Shown here: positions 48,090-57,869 of the stretch, piece by piece
Position numbering within the stretch: the first letter of the stretch is position 1
How the letters are laid out: each line of letters begins with the position of its first letter
NCBI GenBank assembly: GCA_045655865.1
Contig: JAZOQB010000007.1
Location: 1 to 60,011, forward strand
Length of the DNA stretch: 60,011 bases
Source of the DNA: Eubacteriales bacterium
GTDB taxonomy: Bacteria > Bacillota > Clostridia > Oscillospirales > SIG627
Reading direction: 5' to 3'
Translations under genes and position numbers: made by a program
The notes under the pieces: model-generated
What the model saw: the letters and a program-made list of their open reading frames with translations, nothing else
Told to the model about the DNA's origin: nothing
Databases searched by the model: none

Positions 48090-50098
48090 AGATTCTCCTA
48101 TCCCGGCATGCCGGCTTTTGCTTCGGTGTGCGAAGGGCCGTGGATATGCTGGAAGAAGAGGTATCCCGGGGCGAAAAAAAGATATACACTTTAGGGCACA
48201 TCATCCACAACGAGGACTTTAATGCGGATCTGGAACGTCGCGGCGTTAAAAACCTTGGGGTGAAGGAGCTTGATGCCATCGAAAAAGAAAATTCCCTGGT
48301 GTTTATTCGGACCCACGGCGTCCCCCGTAGCGTGGTGGAACACCTGGAGGAAAAGAAGATCTCCTATATCGATGCCACTTGTCCCTTTGTAAAGAAGATT
48401 CACCAGATCGTCCTCAAGGAAGAAGAACTTGCCCGGGAGACGGGAGAAAAGATCGTCTTTGTCCTTCTGGGGGATGAAAAGCACCCGGAAGTTTTAGGGA
48501 TCATAAGCTTTGCCCGGGAAAACCCGGTGGTAGTCATCCGTAGTCTGGAGGAATTGGAGCAATACGAGAAACGGGGAAACAAAAATCTTCGCCACGTATT
48601 CCTCTCGCAGACGACTCAAAGCGTTTTGGAATGGGAAAAGTGCTGTCTGTTTGCCAAAGAGAACTTTTCCAAGCTTTCTTTCTACGACACCATTTGCAAT
48701 GTGACCGGCATCCGTCAAAAGGACGCGCGTGAAATTGCAAATCAGAGCGATTTGATGGTGATCGTGGGAGGAAAGAGCAGTAGCAACACCAAAGAGCTGG
48801 TATCGGTCAGCAAAGAGATTTGCCCGACCGTTCACATCAGAAATGCGACAGAATTGCCGCAAAATCAATTTAAAAAGGATATGACTGTTGGGGTATCGGC
48901 AGGAGCTTCTACCCCGGACAGTGTGATCAAGGAGGTAATACAAACCATGTCGGAAATCAAGAACGACGAAATGAGCTTTGAAGAATTGCTCGACCAAACA
49001 TTCAAAACTGTCAGAACAGGAGAAGAAGTAACAGGGATCGTGACCAGTGTCTTTGCCAACGAAGTCCATGTGGATCTTGGAATCAAGCACACCGGTATTC
49101 TTCCTTCCAGCGAAGTGGTTGACAGTGAATCCGATCTTTTGGCAAACTTCAAGCCCGGCGACCAGATCAACGTTCTGGTACAGAAGTTCAACGACCCGGA
49201 GGGAACCGTTCAGGTTTCGAAAAAGAGAGTGGATTCTCGGGCCGGTTGGATTAAAATCCAGGAGGCGTTTGAGGGTGGCCAAACCCTTTCCGGCAAGGTG
49301 ACCAGCGTCATTAAAGGCGGCATCCTGGTGTCTGATGAGATTCAGAGCTATTTTGTTCCCGCATCTCTCACCGGAGCTCCCAAGGGAGCAAGCCTCGATC
49401 CCATGCTGGGTCAGAACGTCGCATTTAAGATCGTGGAGATCGACTCTTCCAGAAAGAGAGCCATCGCCTCTATCCGCGAAGTTCTCCGAGAGGAGAGAAA
49501 GGTTCTGGAAGAGAAGTTCTGGAGCGAGGTGGAAGAGGGCAAAGTTTATACCGGTAAGGTAAAATCCATCACCTCTTACGGAGCCTTTGTTGACCTGGGC
49601 GGCGTGGATGGAATGGTCCACATCACCGAGCTTTCTTGGAAGAAGTTGAAGAGCCCCGCTGAGGTGGTGAGCGTTGGCGATGAGATCACCGTGTTTGTCA
49701 AAGAGATCCATGCTGATACCAAGAAGATCAGCTTAGGTCACAAGACCGAAGAGACCAATCCTTGGAACCTGCTGCGCGACCAGTACCAGGCAGGGGACGT
49801 GGCTACTGTGAAGATCGTCAGCTTGACCACGTTCGGCGCTTTTGCCGAGCTGATTCCCGGAATTGACGGTCTGATTCACATTTCCCAGATCGCCGACCAC
49901 AAGATCGCCAATCCCGCTGAGGTTTTGAAGGTGGGAGACGAGGTTCAGGTGGAAGTGATCGATATCAACTACGACACCCACAGAGTCAGCCTTTCCATGC
50001 GTGCTTTGCTGGAGAAGGCAGAGGAAGAAGCTCAGGAAGAGATCCTGGAGGAAAACGCTCAGTACGTTCAGGAGCAAGAGGAATCCAGCGAAGAATAA
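48086..50098 (+). CDS. ispH: Bifunctional IspH (HMBPP reductase) / ribosomal protein S1 fusion
   Basis: AGFCFGV, DATCPFV, HPEV, TICNVT, SSNT, AGASTP followed by four S1 domains. Confidence 0.96.
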   Translation: MKILLSRHAGFCFGVRRAVDMLEEEVSRGEKKIYTLGHIIHNEDFNADLERRGVKNLGVKELDAIEKENSLVFIRTHGVPRSVVEHLEEKKISYIDATCPFVKKIHQIVLKEEELARETGEKIVFVLLGDEKHPEVLGIISFARENPVVVIRSLEELEQYEKRGNKNLRHVFLSQTTQSVLEWEKCCLFAKENFSKLSFYDTICNVTGIRQKDAREIANQSDLMVIVGGKSSSNTKELVSVSKEICPTVHIRNATELPQNQFKKDMTVGVSAGASTPDSVIKEVIQTMSEIKNDEMSFEELLDQTFKTVRTGEEVTGIVTSVFANEVHVDLGIKHTGILPSSEVVDSESDLLANFKPGDQINVLVQKFNDPEGTVQVSKKRVDSRAGWIKIQEAFEGGQTLSGKVTSVIKGGILVSDEIQSYFVPASLTGAPKGASLDPMLGQNVAFKIVEIDSSRKRAIASIREVLREERKVLEEKFWSEVEEGKVYTGKVKSITSYGAFVDLGGVDGMVHITELSWKKLKSPAEVVSVGDEITVFVKEIHADTKKISLGHKTEETNPWNLLRDQYQAGDVATVKIVSLTTFGAFAELIPGIDGLIHISQIADHKIANPAEVLKVGDEVQVEVIDINYDTHRVSLSMRALLEKAEEEAQEEILEENAQYVQEQEESSEE

Positions 50099-50117
50099 TT
50101 CAAACATTTGAAACGAT

Positions 50118-50156
50118 AAAATTTTGCCGAAAGCGGAAGTTTTCGGCAAAATTTTT
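50118..50156. terminator. Bidirectional terminator
   Basis: AAAATTTTGCCGAAA/TTTCGGCAAAATTTT. Confidence 0.8.
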
Positions 50157-50160
50157 CTCA

Positions 50161-51582
50161 TTAGGCACTTCGTTCCCGCCCTTTTGTGGTGCGAACGAAG
50201 ATTTTTGCGATCCCTTTTGCATCAAAGGGAAAGACGGGATAAAGGTAGCCCTTTCCTGTGATGCTCCTTGTGCTGATAAGGACCAGAAGCCAAAAGAGAG
50301 TCCCGCCTAAAAGGCCCCACAATCCTAAAAATTCAACCAAAAGGATCAAACTGATCCTCATGAATTTAAAACTGTACCCCAACTCGAAATTCGACGGAAT
50401 AAAGTTTGCAATTCCCGTGAAGGCGGAATAGAGAATGGTTTGCGGAACGAACCACCCACTTTTTACCGCAAATTCACCCAAAAGCAACCCTCCGATCATG
50501 GAAAAGGAGCTGGAAAGCGAGTCCGGTGTATTCAGAGATGCCATTTTGAGTCCGTCGATGGCAAATTCTATGAGGATGAATTGTAAGAAGAGCGGAACCG
50601 AGTAATCTTGGTTGATCAAGATAAAGCTAAAAGCGGCGGGAAGGTTATTTTTGTATTGCACCACAAGAAGCCATATGGGAATGAGAAAAATGGAGGCCAA
50701 AAATACAAAAACCCGTACGATCCTTAGATAAGTTGCGGTAATTGGGGGAAAATAGTAATCGTCAGTCTCTTCAAAAAAATCAAAGAGACATTCGGGCAGG
50801 ATCATGGCCGAGGGGGAATTGTCGCAAAGGACTGCCACCTTTCCTTCCATTAGAGTTGCTGCCACCACGTCCGGCCTTTCCGTAAAGCGTACCCGGGGAA
50901 ACGGGTTGAGAACGGATAGCTTTTTCTGGGGAAAGAGAAGAGCCGCGAGCGTTTCCTGGGTCATGGAAAGATTGGGCAGAGTAGAAGTTTCCAATTTTTT
51001 TCGAATCCGTTTTAAAAGAGCCGGATTTTCCTTTCCCTCCATGGAGAGGATCACCACTTCGTTTTTGATCTGGGTCCCCAAGAGGAAACGTTCAGTTTTT
51101 AATTGGGAAGTTCTCAAATATCTCCGGATCTGAACGAGATTGCCTTCCAGGCTCTCGTTCATGCCGATGTGAGGCCCTCGCAGAGTTCGGTCTTTGTTAG
51201 GTTCTCCGATGTCCCGTGTGGTAAAACTACGCACGTCCAAGAGAATCATTTTCTCAAGCCCCTCGATGGCAAGACTGGCGCTGCCTTTCAGCACCGCTTC
51301 TGCCGCATCTTCCGGGTTGGCAGCTATAGAAGAAGCCGGATAAGGAAGAAAGTCCAAAAGGAAACTCTCTGCATCCGCACAGGCGGAGAGATCGTCTTCT
51401 GAAAGGGCGAGAAGAGAAGTGAAGATTCGCTCCATCATGACGGAGTCCGTATATCCCATGATATAGGTGCAAACGGCGTTTCTGCCTCCGATTCTGAGCG
51501 CTCTTTCTTTAAAGTCAAAGCAGCGGCCCATACCCAGCGCGGTAGAGAGCCTTTTTTGCAAGACTGGTAAAGATTGGTTCAA
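50161..51582 (-). CDS. GerA-family spore germination protein (SpoVAF-like)
   Basis: EP-K--TLRGP, IRRYLR, NPFPRVRFTERPD, DNSPSAMILP, ASLNTP, LLLGEFAV; TTG start with GCAGGTG RBS. Confidence 0.9.
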   Translation of the reverse strand: MNQSLPVLQKRLSTALGMGRCFDFKERALRIGGRNAVCTYIMGYTDSVMMERIFTSLLALSEDDLSACADAESFLLDFLPYPASSIAANPEDAAEAVLKGSASLAIEGLEKMILLDVRSFTTRDIGEPNKDRTLRGPHIGMNESLEGNLVQIRRYLRTSQLKTERFLLGTQIKNEVVILSMEGKENPALLKRIRKKLETSTLPNLSMTQETLAALLFPQKKLSVLNPFPRVRFTERPDVVAATLMEGKVAVLCDNSPSAMILPECLFDFFEETDDYYFPPITATYLRIVRVFVFLASIFLIPIWLLVVQYKNNLPAAFSFILINQDYSVPLFLQFILIEFAIDGLKMASLNTPDSLSSSFSMIGGLLLGEFAVKSGWFVPQTILYSAFTGIANFIPSNFELGYSFKFMRISLILLVEFLGLWGLLGGTLFWLLVLISTRSITGKGYLYPVFPFDAKGIAKIFVRTTKGRERSA

Positions 51583-51610
51583 ACTGTCACCTGCTTTTTG
51601 CGTTTTTTGT

Positions 51611-51640
51611 TACTGTTCCCCGCACCGGGAGGAGATATTC
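51611..51640 (-). promoter_or_regulatory. Forespore (sigma-F/sigma-G-type) promoter
   Basis: GAATA-15-GGGAACAGTA on the minus strand, just upstream of the GerA-family gene. Confidence 0.65.
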
Positions 51641-51672
51641 TCCTTCCAAAAGAAATTGAAAGGACCGGTTCT

Positions 51673-53181
51673 ATGAAACAAAGAAGCTTTTTACCGTATC
51701 TGGCGGTGATATTAGGGATTATTCTTGTCCTTTTGTTTCCCTTTTCCGTGTTCGCAGTAGAAGGGGAAGAAGGGGAGAACGGATATTCTTTGAATCTTAG
51801 TATGGCGCCCTCCACGGGCGGCAGTTTTCAAGTGACCGTCGGCGGCGAGGAGAAAACCGGAACGTCCTTCCGGATAAAGCCGGGGGATGAGGTCAATGTT
51901 ACCGTCGTTGCCGCTGAAGGCTACACTTTCTACACTTGGGAGATCATGGAAGGCGTGGATATCGATCCTTACAGCAAAACGGTTCGATTTACCATGCCGC
52001 AGGAAAACGTTCGGCTCCACGCTCTGATGCAAGATAAGCGGCAGGGATATTCTATTGTGGTGGAAGAGAACATTATGGGTGAGAGTGATCACCAAGGAAA
52101 AAGTTATTCGGCAGGGGAAAAAGTTACCTTGACTGCCAAGCCCTACGACGGTTTTCGCTTTGTTCGCTGGATCGATGACAATTCTGTTTTGGGACTGAAA
52201 GCCGAAGAACTGAAAAACGCGGGCATCACGTTCACTATGCCGGAAGAGGACGTTTATCTCTCCATGGAGTTTGAGTATATCTCCTATCGCTTCCAATTAA
52301 AAGTCCAGGGAGAGGGAAAGGTGGAGATCGAGGGAAAAAAACCCAATGACGACGGAAGCTATAGCTGCACCGTAGGGGAAGAGATCGTTTTTATGGCGAC
52401 CCCCGGGGAAGGTTTTGCTTTTGCCGAATGGATCGGAAACCATGGCGTCATCTTTTCCGAAACTGCCAAGGAAATCACTACCGTCACCTGTCCTGCCTCC
52501 GATTTTGAAATCACGGCTAAGTTTTCTTCTACCATCAAGGAGTTGACCATTACCTCCACGCAGGGCGGTTCCGTTTCTCCTGAGGAAGGGGTGCTCCGTT
52601 TGGGTATCGAAAGTCTTTTCAATTTGATGGCCATTCCGGATGCCGGATATGTATTTTCACATTGGGAGTGCTCTTCCACAAAGGGAAAATTTGCAAACAA
52701 CAAAGAAGAGTATACCGCCTTTACCATGCCGGATGAGGACTGCACCATCACCGCCGTGTTCATCCGGGGAGGATATCGCCTTACCGTTACCGCCTCGGCC
52801 GGGGGATCGGTCGTTGGCGATGAGGGCAATTACGAAATGGGAGCCAGTGTTCCTTTGAAGGCGATTCCGCGGGAGGGCTATGCGTTCTCGCGTTGGGAGT
52901 CCAGCGTTCCCGGGGTGTTTTCCAATGCGGAAAGCGTGGAGACTCTGGTAGCCATTCCGGGTCGGGATCTGACGGTCACCGCTGTATTTGTGCTGGAAAC
53001 GGCCCGGGCACCCGGTAGCATCGGGGAGAATCCGGAAAGCACCTTTCCTTGGTTTGCCGTCATTTTGATGTTCTTCCTATCCCTTGGCATCATAAGCCTG
53101 ATTATCATTCGGGAGCGTTACAGTATCTCCTATATTTACTTGATCAAAAAATGGATCACCGGCCTTGTGAAAAAGCAATAA
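51673..53181 (+). CDS. Cell-surface protein with five divergent InlB B-repeat-like domains and a C-terminal TM anchor
   Basis: Signal peptide (..SVFA); five ~75-aa repeats with G(Y/F)xFxxW...(F/V)xxP; C-terminal hydrophobic helix; GAAAGGA RBS. Confidence 0.85.
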   Translation: MKQRSFLPYLAVILGIILVLLFPFSVFAVEGEEGENGYSLNLSMAPSTGGSFQVTVGGEEKTGTSFRIKPGDEVNVTVVAAEGYTFYTWEIMEGVDIDPYSKTVRFTMPQENVRLHALMQDKRQGYSIVVEENIMGESDHQGKSYSAGEKVTLTAKPYDGFRFVRWIDDNSVLGLKAEELKNAGITFTMPEEDVYLSMEFEYISYRFQLKVQGEGKVEIEGKKPNDDGSYSCTVGEEIVFMATPGEGFAFAEWIGNHGVIFSETAKEITTVTCPASDFEITAKFSSTIKELTITSTQGGSVSPEEGVLRLGIESLFNLMAIPDAGYVFSHWECSSTKGKFANNKEEYTAFTMPDEDCTITAVFIRGGYRLTVTASAGGSVVGDEGNYEMGASVPLKAIPREGYAFSRWESSVPGVFSNAESVETLVAIPGRDLTVTAVFVLETARAPGSIGENPESTFPWFAVILMFFLSLGIISLIIIRERYSISYIYLIKKWITGLVKKQ

Positions 53182-53182
53182 C

Positions 53183-53215
53183 AAAAAGCCCGAGGAAATT
53201 CCTCGGGCTTTTTTT
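53183..53215. terminator. Bidirectional terminator
   Basis: AAAAAGCCCGAGG/CCTCGGGCTTTTTTT. Confidence 0.9.
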
Positions 53216-53234
53216 AAAATAGGGATATTGCCGA

Positions 53235-53789
53235 TTACAGTCGGATCACAGTTCCCTCTATGGGAGTCCGGTCGTGTGTCACAGCGATCAGAAGGGCCTT
53301 TTTTGATATCTCTTGCATCGCCTTAAAAACCAGGTCCCGGTTTTCCGGATCCAGTTCTTTTGTGGGTTCATCCCAGAGGAAAACATTGCCACCGTAGTAA
53401 AGAGAGCGAACAATGGCGCCTCTCAGCTTCATTCCGCCGGAAAGCGTTTCCGGCTTTTTTTCTGCTGCAGATAAAAGTCCAAAACGGTCCAAAAGAGACA
53501 AGGCCAGATTTTGGTCCTTTTCTTTTTTTACCAGCATCACGTTTTCCAAAAGAGTCATGTGAGGAATCAGTCTGGATTCTTGAAATACCATAGAGATCTT
53601 TTTTTCCCGGCTCCAAATGATCTTTCCTGAATCCGGTTTTTCCAGCCCGGCGATGAGACGAAGGAGGGTGGTTTTTCCGGTGCCGGAGGGCCCTTGAATC
53701 AGAAAAATACCCTGATTGGAAAAGCGGTAAGAAAAATCTTTGAGCACCGGTGTGTCATAAGCTTTGTTCAGATTACAAATTTCAAGCAC
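53235..53789 (-). CDS. NitT/TauT-family ABC transporter ATP-binding protein
   Basis: GPSGTGKTT, VFQESRL, LSGGM, WDEP, VTHD; GTG start overlapping the permease stop. Confidence 0.9.
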   Translation of the reverse strand: MLEICNLNKAYDTPVLKDFSYRFSNQGIFLIQGPSGTGKTTLLRLIAGLEKPDSGKIIWSREKKISMVFQESRLIPHMTLLENVMLVKKEKDQNLALSLLDRFGLLSAAEKKPETLSGGMKLRGAIVRSLYYGGNVFLWDEPTKELDPENRDLVFKAMQEISKKALLIAVTHDRTPIEGTVIRL

Positions 53790-54543
53790 GGCTTTCTCCT
53801 TTTCCTCCGGGCAAAAGGTGCCAGAATAGCTTTTCCAGGAAAACACTCAATAAAATAATGGCCACAGTCCAAGCGTAAAGGTCTACCGTTTCCAGATAAA
53901 GTTTGGCATCACTGATCATTTTTCCAATGGAAACTTTGGGCAATGCCAACACCTCTGCGGCAACGCCCGCCTTCCAAGCAAGTCCCAGGGCAGCTTTTCC
54001 CGAGGACAATACGTAGGGGATCACCTGAGGCAGATCTAAGCGAAAGAATTTACAAAAATGCCCCAAGCGGAAAACCTTTGCCATCTCCTCCAAGGCGGGG
54101 TCGAGGGAGGAAAAGCCTAAAAGGGTGTTCTGCCAAAGAATGGGAAGAACCATGAGAAAGCTGATAAAACCGGGTACTTCTCCCCGTTCCAGCCAAAGGA
54201 TCACCACCAGAATAAAGGATGCTACCGGTGTGGCTCGAATGATCGCCATCAAGGGCGATATTAGCGATCGAACCGGAGTGAGGCGGTGAGCCAGAAATCC
54301 CAGCAGAAAGCCCAGAAAGACCCCAAAAAGAAAGCCGGAGATCACTCGGAGAAACGAAGAAAAAAGAATTTGATAAAAGGAAGCTTCTCTGGCCAATTCC
54401 CAAAGCCTCCGGAACACCTCAACGGGACCGGGGAGAATGAAAGACAGATCCACTTTTTTTGCCAAAAAGAACCAAAGAAGGATCCAGAACAGAAGGGAAA
54501 AAATGCAGACGGCAGATTGCTTCCAAAAGAGATTTTTTTTCAT
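53782..54543 (-). CDS. NitT/TauT-family ABC transporter permease
   Basis: ILPGPVEV, RATPVASFIL, LEEMAKVF, LAWKAGVAAEVL. Confidence 0.92.
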   Translation of the reverse strand: MKKNLFWKQSAVCIFSLLFWILLWFFLAKKVDLSFILPGPVEVFRRLWELAREASFYQILFSSFLRVISGFLFGVFLGFLLGFLAHRLTPVRSLISPLMAIIRATPVASFILVVILWLERGEVPGFISFLMVLPILWQNTLLGFSSLDPALEEMAKVFRLGHFCKFFRLDLPQVIPYVLSSGKAALGLAWKAGVAAEVLALPKVSIGKMISDAKLYLETVDLYAWTVAIILLSVFLEKLFWHLLPGGKGESRA

Positions 54544-55562
54544 CGCATGAAGTAAAAGTCATCTCCGGGGAGAGCATTTCCAACGGAAGCGGGGTTAGCG
54601 TCAAAAAGCACCTGAAGGCACTTTGAGACCCCACTCTTCATGGCCGCCCCTTCCAGGAAGGTGATGTTGCAACCGTCAATGGCTTTTTTGGCAATAGCAG
54701 AGTTTGCCAAGATCCCTGCCTCTACAATGAATTGAGAACCTTGTTCCGGGTCGGTGTTCACGGTGTTTTGACTGGCGTTATAATCATCTAAAAAGGAACG
54801 GATCAAAGACGGATGTTCCTTTACAAAGGCACTTCTGGCAATAAATACGCCCTGAATCAAAGTGTTGTTTTCTCCGGCAACTTTGTTCCATTCTTGGGTC
54901 ATATCAAGGGCGATGCGGAAATTGGGATTGGCGCCCAGCACCACGGAAACGTTGGGCTCCGGGAGCATGCCGATGGCGTAAATGTCTGCGGCCAGATAGC
55001 TTGCCAATTCCGTGTGATCCGCTACAAAGACCAGGCTCACGTCGTTTTCCGGATCGATCCCATTTTCTTTCAAAATATAGCGCAAGACGTATTCCGGCGT
55101 GGATCCTTGACCGGTAGCGTAAATCGTTTTTCCCCTCAGGTCTGCCGCGCTCTGTACGCTCTGTCCGTTCTCCAAAAGATAGAGAACACCAAGGGTGTTG
55201 GCACAGAGCACTTGCACTTGACCCTGGGTTTTGGCGTAGAGGGTGGAAGCCAGGTTGATGGGAACGGCGGCAATGTCGCATTCACCTTTTGTAATAGCGG
55301 CGGCAATGTTAGAGATTTCTGCGCTGGTCACCAGCTCCGCATCGTATTGGCAACGATTTGAGCTGCCGGCGGTTTGGTTGTGTAAAAGCGGTGCCAGACC
55401 CATTCCGGTAGGACCCTTCAGGGCCATAAGACGGATCGTGGTGTTGTCCACATTGCCGCCATCTGTCCCGTTGGCCGTTTCCGGCTTGCTTTGTTCTCCC
55501 GAACAGGCTACCAGGGTCAAGAGCATGACCGCCACCAGAACGAACGTGAGTAATTTTTTCAT
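54540..55562 (-). CDS. NitT/TauT-family (SsuA/THI5/MqnA-like) substrate-binding lipoprotein
   Basis: Lipobox LVAC; ALKGPTGMG, NTLGVLY, DLRGKTI, GQGSTPEY, LPEP; AAGGAG RBS. Confidence 0.9.
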   Translation of the reverse strand: MKKLLTFVLVAVMLLTLVACSGEQSKPETANGTDGGNVDNTTIRLMALKGPTGMGLAPLLHNQTAGSSNRCQYDAELVTSAEISNIAAAITKGECDIAAVPINLASTLYAKTQGQVQVLCANTLGVLYLLENGQSVQSAADLRGKTIYATGQGSTPEYVLRYILKENGIDPENDVSLVFVADHTELASYLAADIYAIGMLPEPNVSVVLGANPNFRIALDMTQEWNKVAGENNTLIQGVFIARSAFVKEHPSLIRSFLDDYNASQNTVNTDPEQGSQFIVEAGILANSAIAKKAIDGCNITFLEGAAMKSGVSKCLQVLFDANPASVGNALPGDDFYFMR

Positions 55563-55585
55563 GATATTTCACTCCTTTTTTTGTT

Positions 55586-56248
55586 TTACGATAAAAAGAT
55601 TTCCAGTAATTTCGGAGAAAGAATGAGGATGTCTTTTCCGTTTTTTTCGATGACTCCTTCTTCCTCTAATTCTCCCAAAGCCCGATAGAGACTGGCTCTG
55701 CCCAGATTTAGGATCTTGGCCAGCTCGGAAAAAGAATGGGGAACCGGGACTCTTCCGTTGCAGTCAGCATGTTGGGAAAGGTACCGGGCCAGTTTTCCTA
55801 CCGCCGCCGGCGCTGTGTAAAAGGCGATCTTTCGGTTTAAAAAACGAATGCGCCCAGTGAGAAAAGAGATCAGATTCCGCCGTAGAAGTGGGTCCTCCAA
55901 AAGCGGATCTAAACGCGTTTCCTCCAAAAACAACACCTTTCCTTGCTGTATGCCGACGATCTGCGTTTTGGCGCCGTCTGTCCCGTACAGGGAAGAGAGA
56001 CCAAATAAGTTTCCACGGGAAAGACGGTTGAGGGGCACTTTTTTCTGTCCCGCAGAAAACACCTGCATTTGACCGGAAAGAAGAATTCCCACACGGTGGC
56101 TCTTCCCTTCGTATAACGAGAAAATTTCCCCCGGGGCAAAATCCTCTATGCTTGCTCCCATCCCAGCCAGGAGCTTTTCCAGCTTATTCGGCGGGTATCC
56201 GCGAAACAGCGCGGATTCTTCCAGGGTCAAAAGAACTTCTCGTTCCAT
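55586..56248 (-). CDS. Crp/Fnr family transcriptional regulator
   Basis: LF-G, ILLSG, G-LFG cNMP-binding-like domain; HTH ELAKILNLGRASLYRALGELEEEGVI; GGAGG RBS before ATG 56248. Confidence 0.92.
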   Translation of the reverse strand: MEREVLLTLEESALFRGYPPNKLEKLLAGMGASIEDFAPGEIFSLYEGKSHRVGILLSGQMQVFSAGQKKVPLNRLSRGNLFGLSSLYGTDGAKTQIVGIQQGKVLFLEETRLDPLLEDPLLRRNLISFLTGRIRFLNRKIAFYTAPAAVGKLARYLSQHADCNGRVPVPHSFSELAKILNLGRASLYRALGELEEEGVIEKNGKDILILSPKLLEIFLS

Positions 56249-56264
56249 AGGATGCCTCCGAAAC

Positions 56265-56280
56265 TGTCTCATTTGATACA
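56265..56280. promoter_or_regulatory. Candidate Crp/Fnr-family operator TGTCTC-N4-GATACA
   Basis: 16-bp near-palindrome with TGT-N10-ACA geometry, 4 nt downstream of the -10 box. Confidence 0.6.
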
Positions 56281-56284
56281 CTCA

Positions 56285-56313
56285 ATCCTATCACGCCTTT
56301 TTTTCGTTGTCAA
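56285..56313 (-). promoter_or_regulatory. sigma-A promoter of the crp-ABC operon
   Basis: TTGACA-17-TAGGAT with extended TG. Confidence 0.8.
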
Positions 56314-56352
56314 TGCCTTAATAAACTTTTTACATAAAAACTGAATTTTGCC

Positions 56353-56381
56353 TTGTAAAAGCTGGAAAAAAAGTGTATGAT
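56353..56381 (+). promoter_or_regulatory. sigma-A promoter of pgi
   Basis: TTGTAA-17-TATGAT. Confidence 0.65.
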
Positions 56382-56407
56382 AAAAGCGATTTAAAAAACA
56401 AGGAGAA

Positions 56408-57730
56408 ATGATTATGTCCATTCGTTTAAATTCGGAATTTGCAAAATCTTTTTTCACCGATGAGCAGTACAAAACCGTTGGTGCTCAGGCCCAGAAAGCT
56501 TTGGAAACGGTAAAGGAAAACGTTAAAAAAGGTGTTTCCCCTCTGGGTTGGTACGATCTTCCCGAAAATTACGATCGGGAGGAGTTTGCCAGAATTCAGT
56601 CCGCCGCTCTGCGCATCCGCAAGATGTGCGATGTGTTTGTGGTGATCGGTATCGGCGGCTCCTATCTGGGTGCACGAGCTGCCATTGAATTTTTGCAGGG
56701 TGGCTTTCACAACGATCTTCGGAAAGACGGCCCCCGGATCTATTTTGCAGGCACCAGTGTTGACGGTGACTATCTTGCAGATCTGGTCTCTCTTTGTGAG
56801 GGCAAGGATATCTGTATCAATGTGATCTCTAAATCCGGTACTACTACCGAGCCGGCTATCGCTTTTCGCGTGTTCCGTGAATTGGTAGAGAAAAAATATG
56901 GCAAAGAAGAAGCAAAAAAGAGAATTTTTGTCACCACCGATCAAAACGTAAAGCCCGGCACTCTGAAAGAATTTTCCGTTCAAGAGGGGTATGAGAGCTT
57001 TGTGGTTCCCGGCAATATTGGCGGCAGATACTCGGTACTCACCGCAGTAGGCTTGCTTCCCATTGCCGTTGCCGGCGCAGACCTTGATGCCATGATGGCC
57101 GGTGCATACCAGGCGAAAAAAGAATTTGCCGATCCGAAGATCGAAAACAATGTCTGCATGCAGTATGCCGCCCTGCGCAATGTTTTTTACGGTCAGGGGA
57201 AAAAGTTGGAGATGTATGCGTCCTATTCTCCTTCCATGGAATTGATGGGAGAGTGGCTCAAACAGCTGTACGGAGAATCCGAGGGCAAGGATGGGAAGGG
57301 AATTTTCCCTGTATCCGTCATTTATTCCCGAGATCTGCACTCCCTTGGTCAGTACGTCCAAGAAGGGGAGCGCACCATGTTTGAAACGGTGTTGCAGATT
57401 GAAAAGCCCAAGGTGGATTTTGCGATTCCCAAGTCGGAAAACGACATGGACGGTCTTGGATATTTAGAGGGACGGAACATGGACTTTGTAAACAAAAACG
57501 CATTCCTTGGAACCGCTCAGGCCCACCGGGACGGTGGCGTTGCTACGATCGTGCTTTCCTTGGATCGCGCCGATGAGGCAAATTTTGGCTACATGGTCTA
57601 TTTCTTTGAATTGGCCTGCGCCATCAGCGGATATATCCTTGGAGTCGATCCCTTCAATCAGCCCGGAGTGGAAGCTTATAAGAAGAACATGTTCCGCCTT
57701 TTGGGCAAACCCGGATATACAAAAGCATAA
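56408..57730 (+). CDS. pgi: Glucose-6-phosphate isomerase
   Basis: [45 protein letters not shown]. Start is 56408 or 56414. Confidence 0.98.
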   Translation: MIMSIRLNSEFAKSFFTDEQYKTVGAQAQKALETVKENVKKGVSPLGWYDLPENYDREEFARIQSAALRIRKMCDVFVVIGIGGSYLGARAAIEFLQGGFHNDLRKDGPRIYFAGTSVDGDYLADLVSLCEGKDICINVISKSGTTTEPAIAFRVFRELVEKKYGKEEAKKRIFVTTDQNVKPGTLKEFSVQEGYESFVVPGNIGGRYSVLTAVGLLPIAVAGADLDAMMAGAYQAKKEFADPKIENNVCMQYAALRNVFYGQGKKLEMYASYSPSMELMGEWLKQLYGESEGKDGKGIFPVSVIYSRDLHSLGQYVQEGERTMFETVLQIEKPKVDFAIPKSENDMDGLGYLEGRNMDFVNKNAFLGTAQAHRDGGVATIVLSLDRADEANFGYMVYFFELACAISGYILGVDPFNQPGVEAYKKNMFRLLGKPGYTKA

Positions 57731-57799
57731 AAATCACCTTCTTTCCTTGTGAATTTTTCACCAAAATTTAGATTTTGCAAAAAAGTGCCATACTCCCCC

Positions 57800-57828
57800 T
57801 TGCGTGGTGGAGCAAGATGTGGTAAAAT
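57800..57828 (+). promoter_or_regulatory. sigma-A promoter
   Basis: TTGCGT-17-TAAAAT with extended TG. Confidence 0.7.
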
Positions 57829-57869
57829 ATCAGTAGAGAGTAGGCACTGAGTGCCTGGAAAGGAATGGT

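Noticed and set aside
48086-50098. IspH-RpsA fusion as a novelty
   Set aside because: A well-known fusion in Clostridia.
1399-56281. Upstream-extended starts in the ORF track for rlmB, dprA, topA, rpsU, asd, fmt, deoD, the 38467 ORF, MATE, the InlB-repeat protein, the ABC ATPase and the Crp regulator
   Set aside because: Extensions overlap neighbouring genes, promoters or the riboswitch; downstream starts match family N-termini and mostly have an SD.
5778-57361. Long antisense ORFs (5778-6647, 9611-10531, 14526-15431, 44496-45476, 48494-49711, 56426-57361)
   Set aside because: Each lies opposite a conserved gene, has no recognisable motif, and is explained by codon bias of the real gene.
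57747-57763. Rex-like site TTGTGAA-ttt-TTCACCA after pgi
   Set aside because: Spacer is 3 rather than 4 nt, one arm is mismatched, and it does not overlap the promoter.
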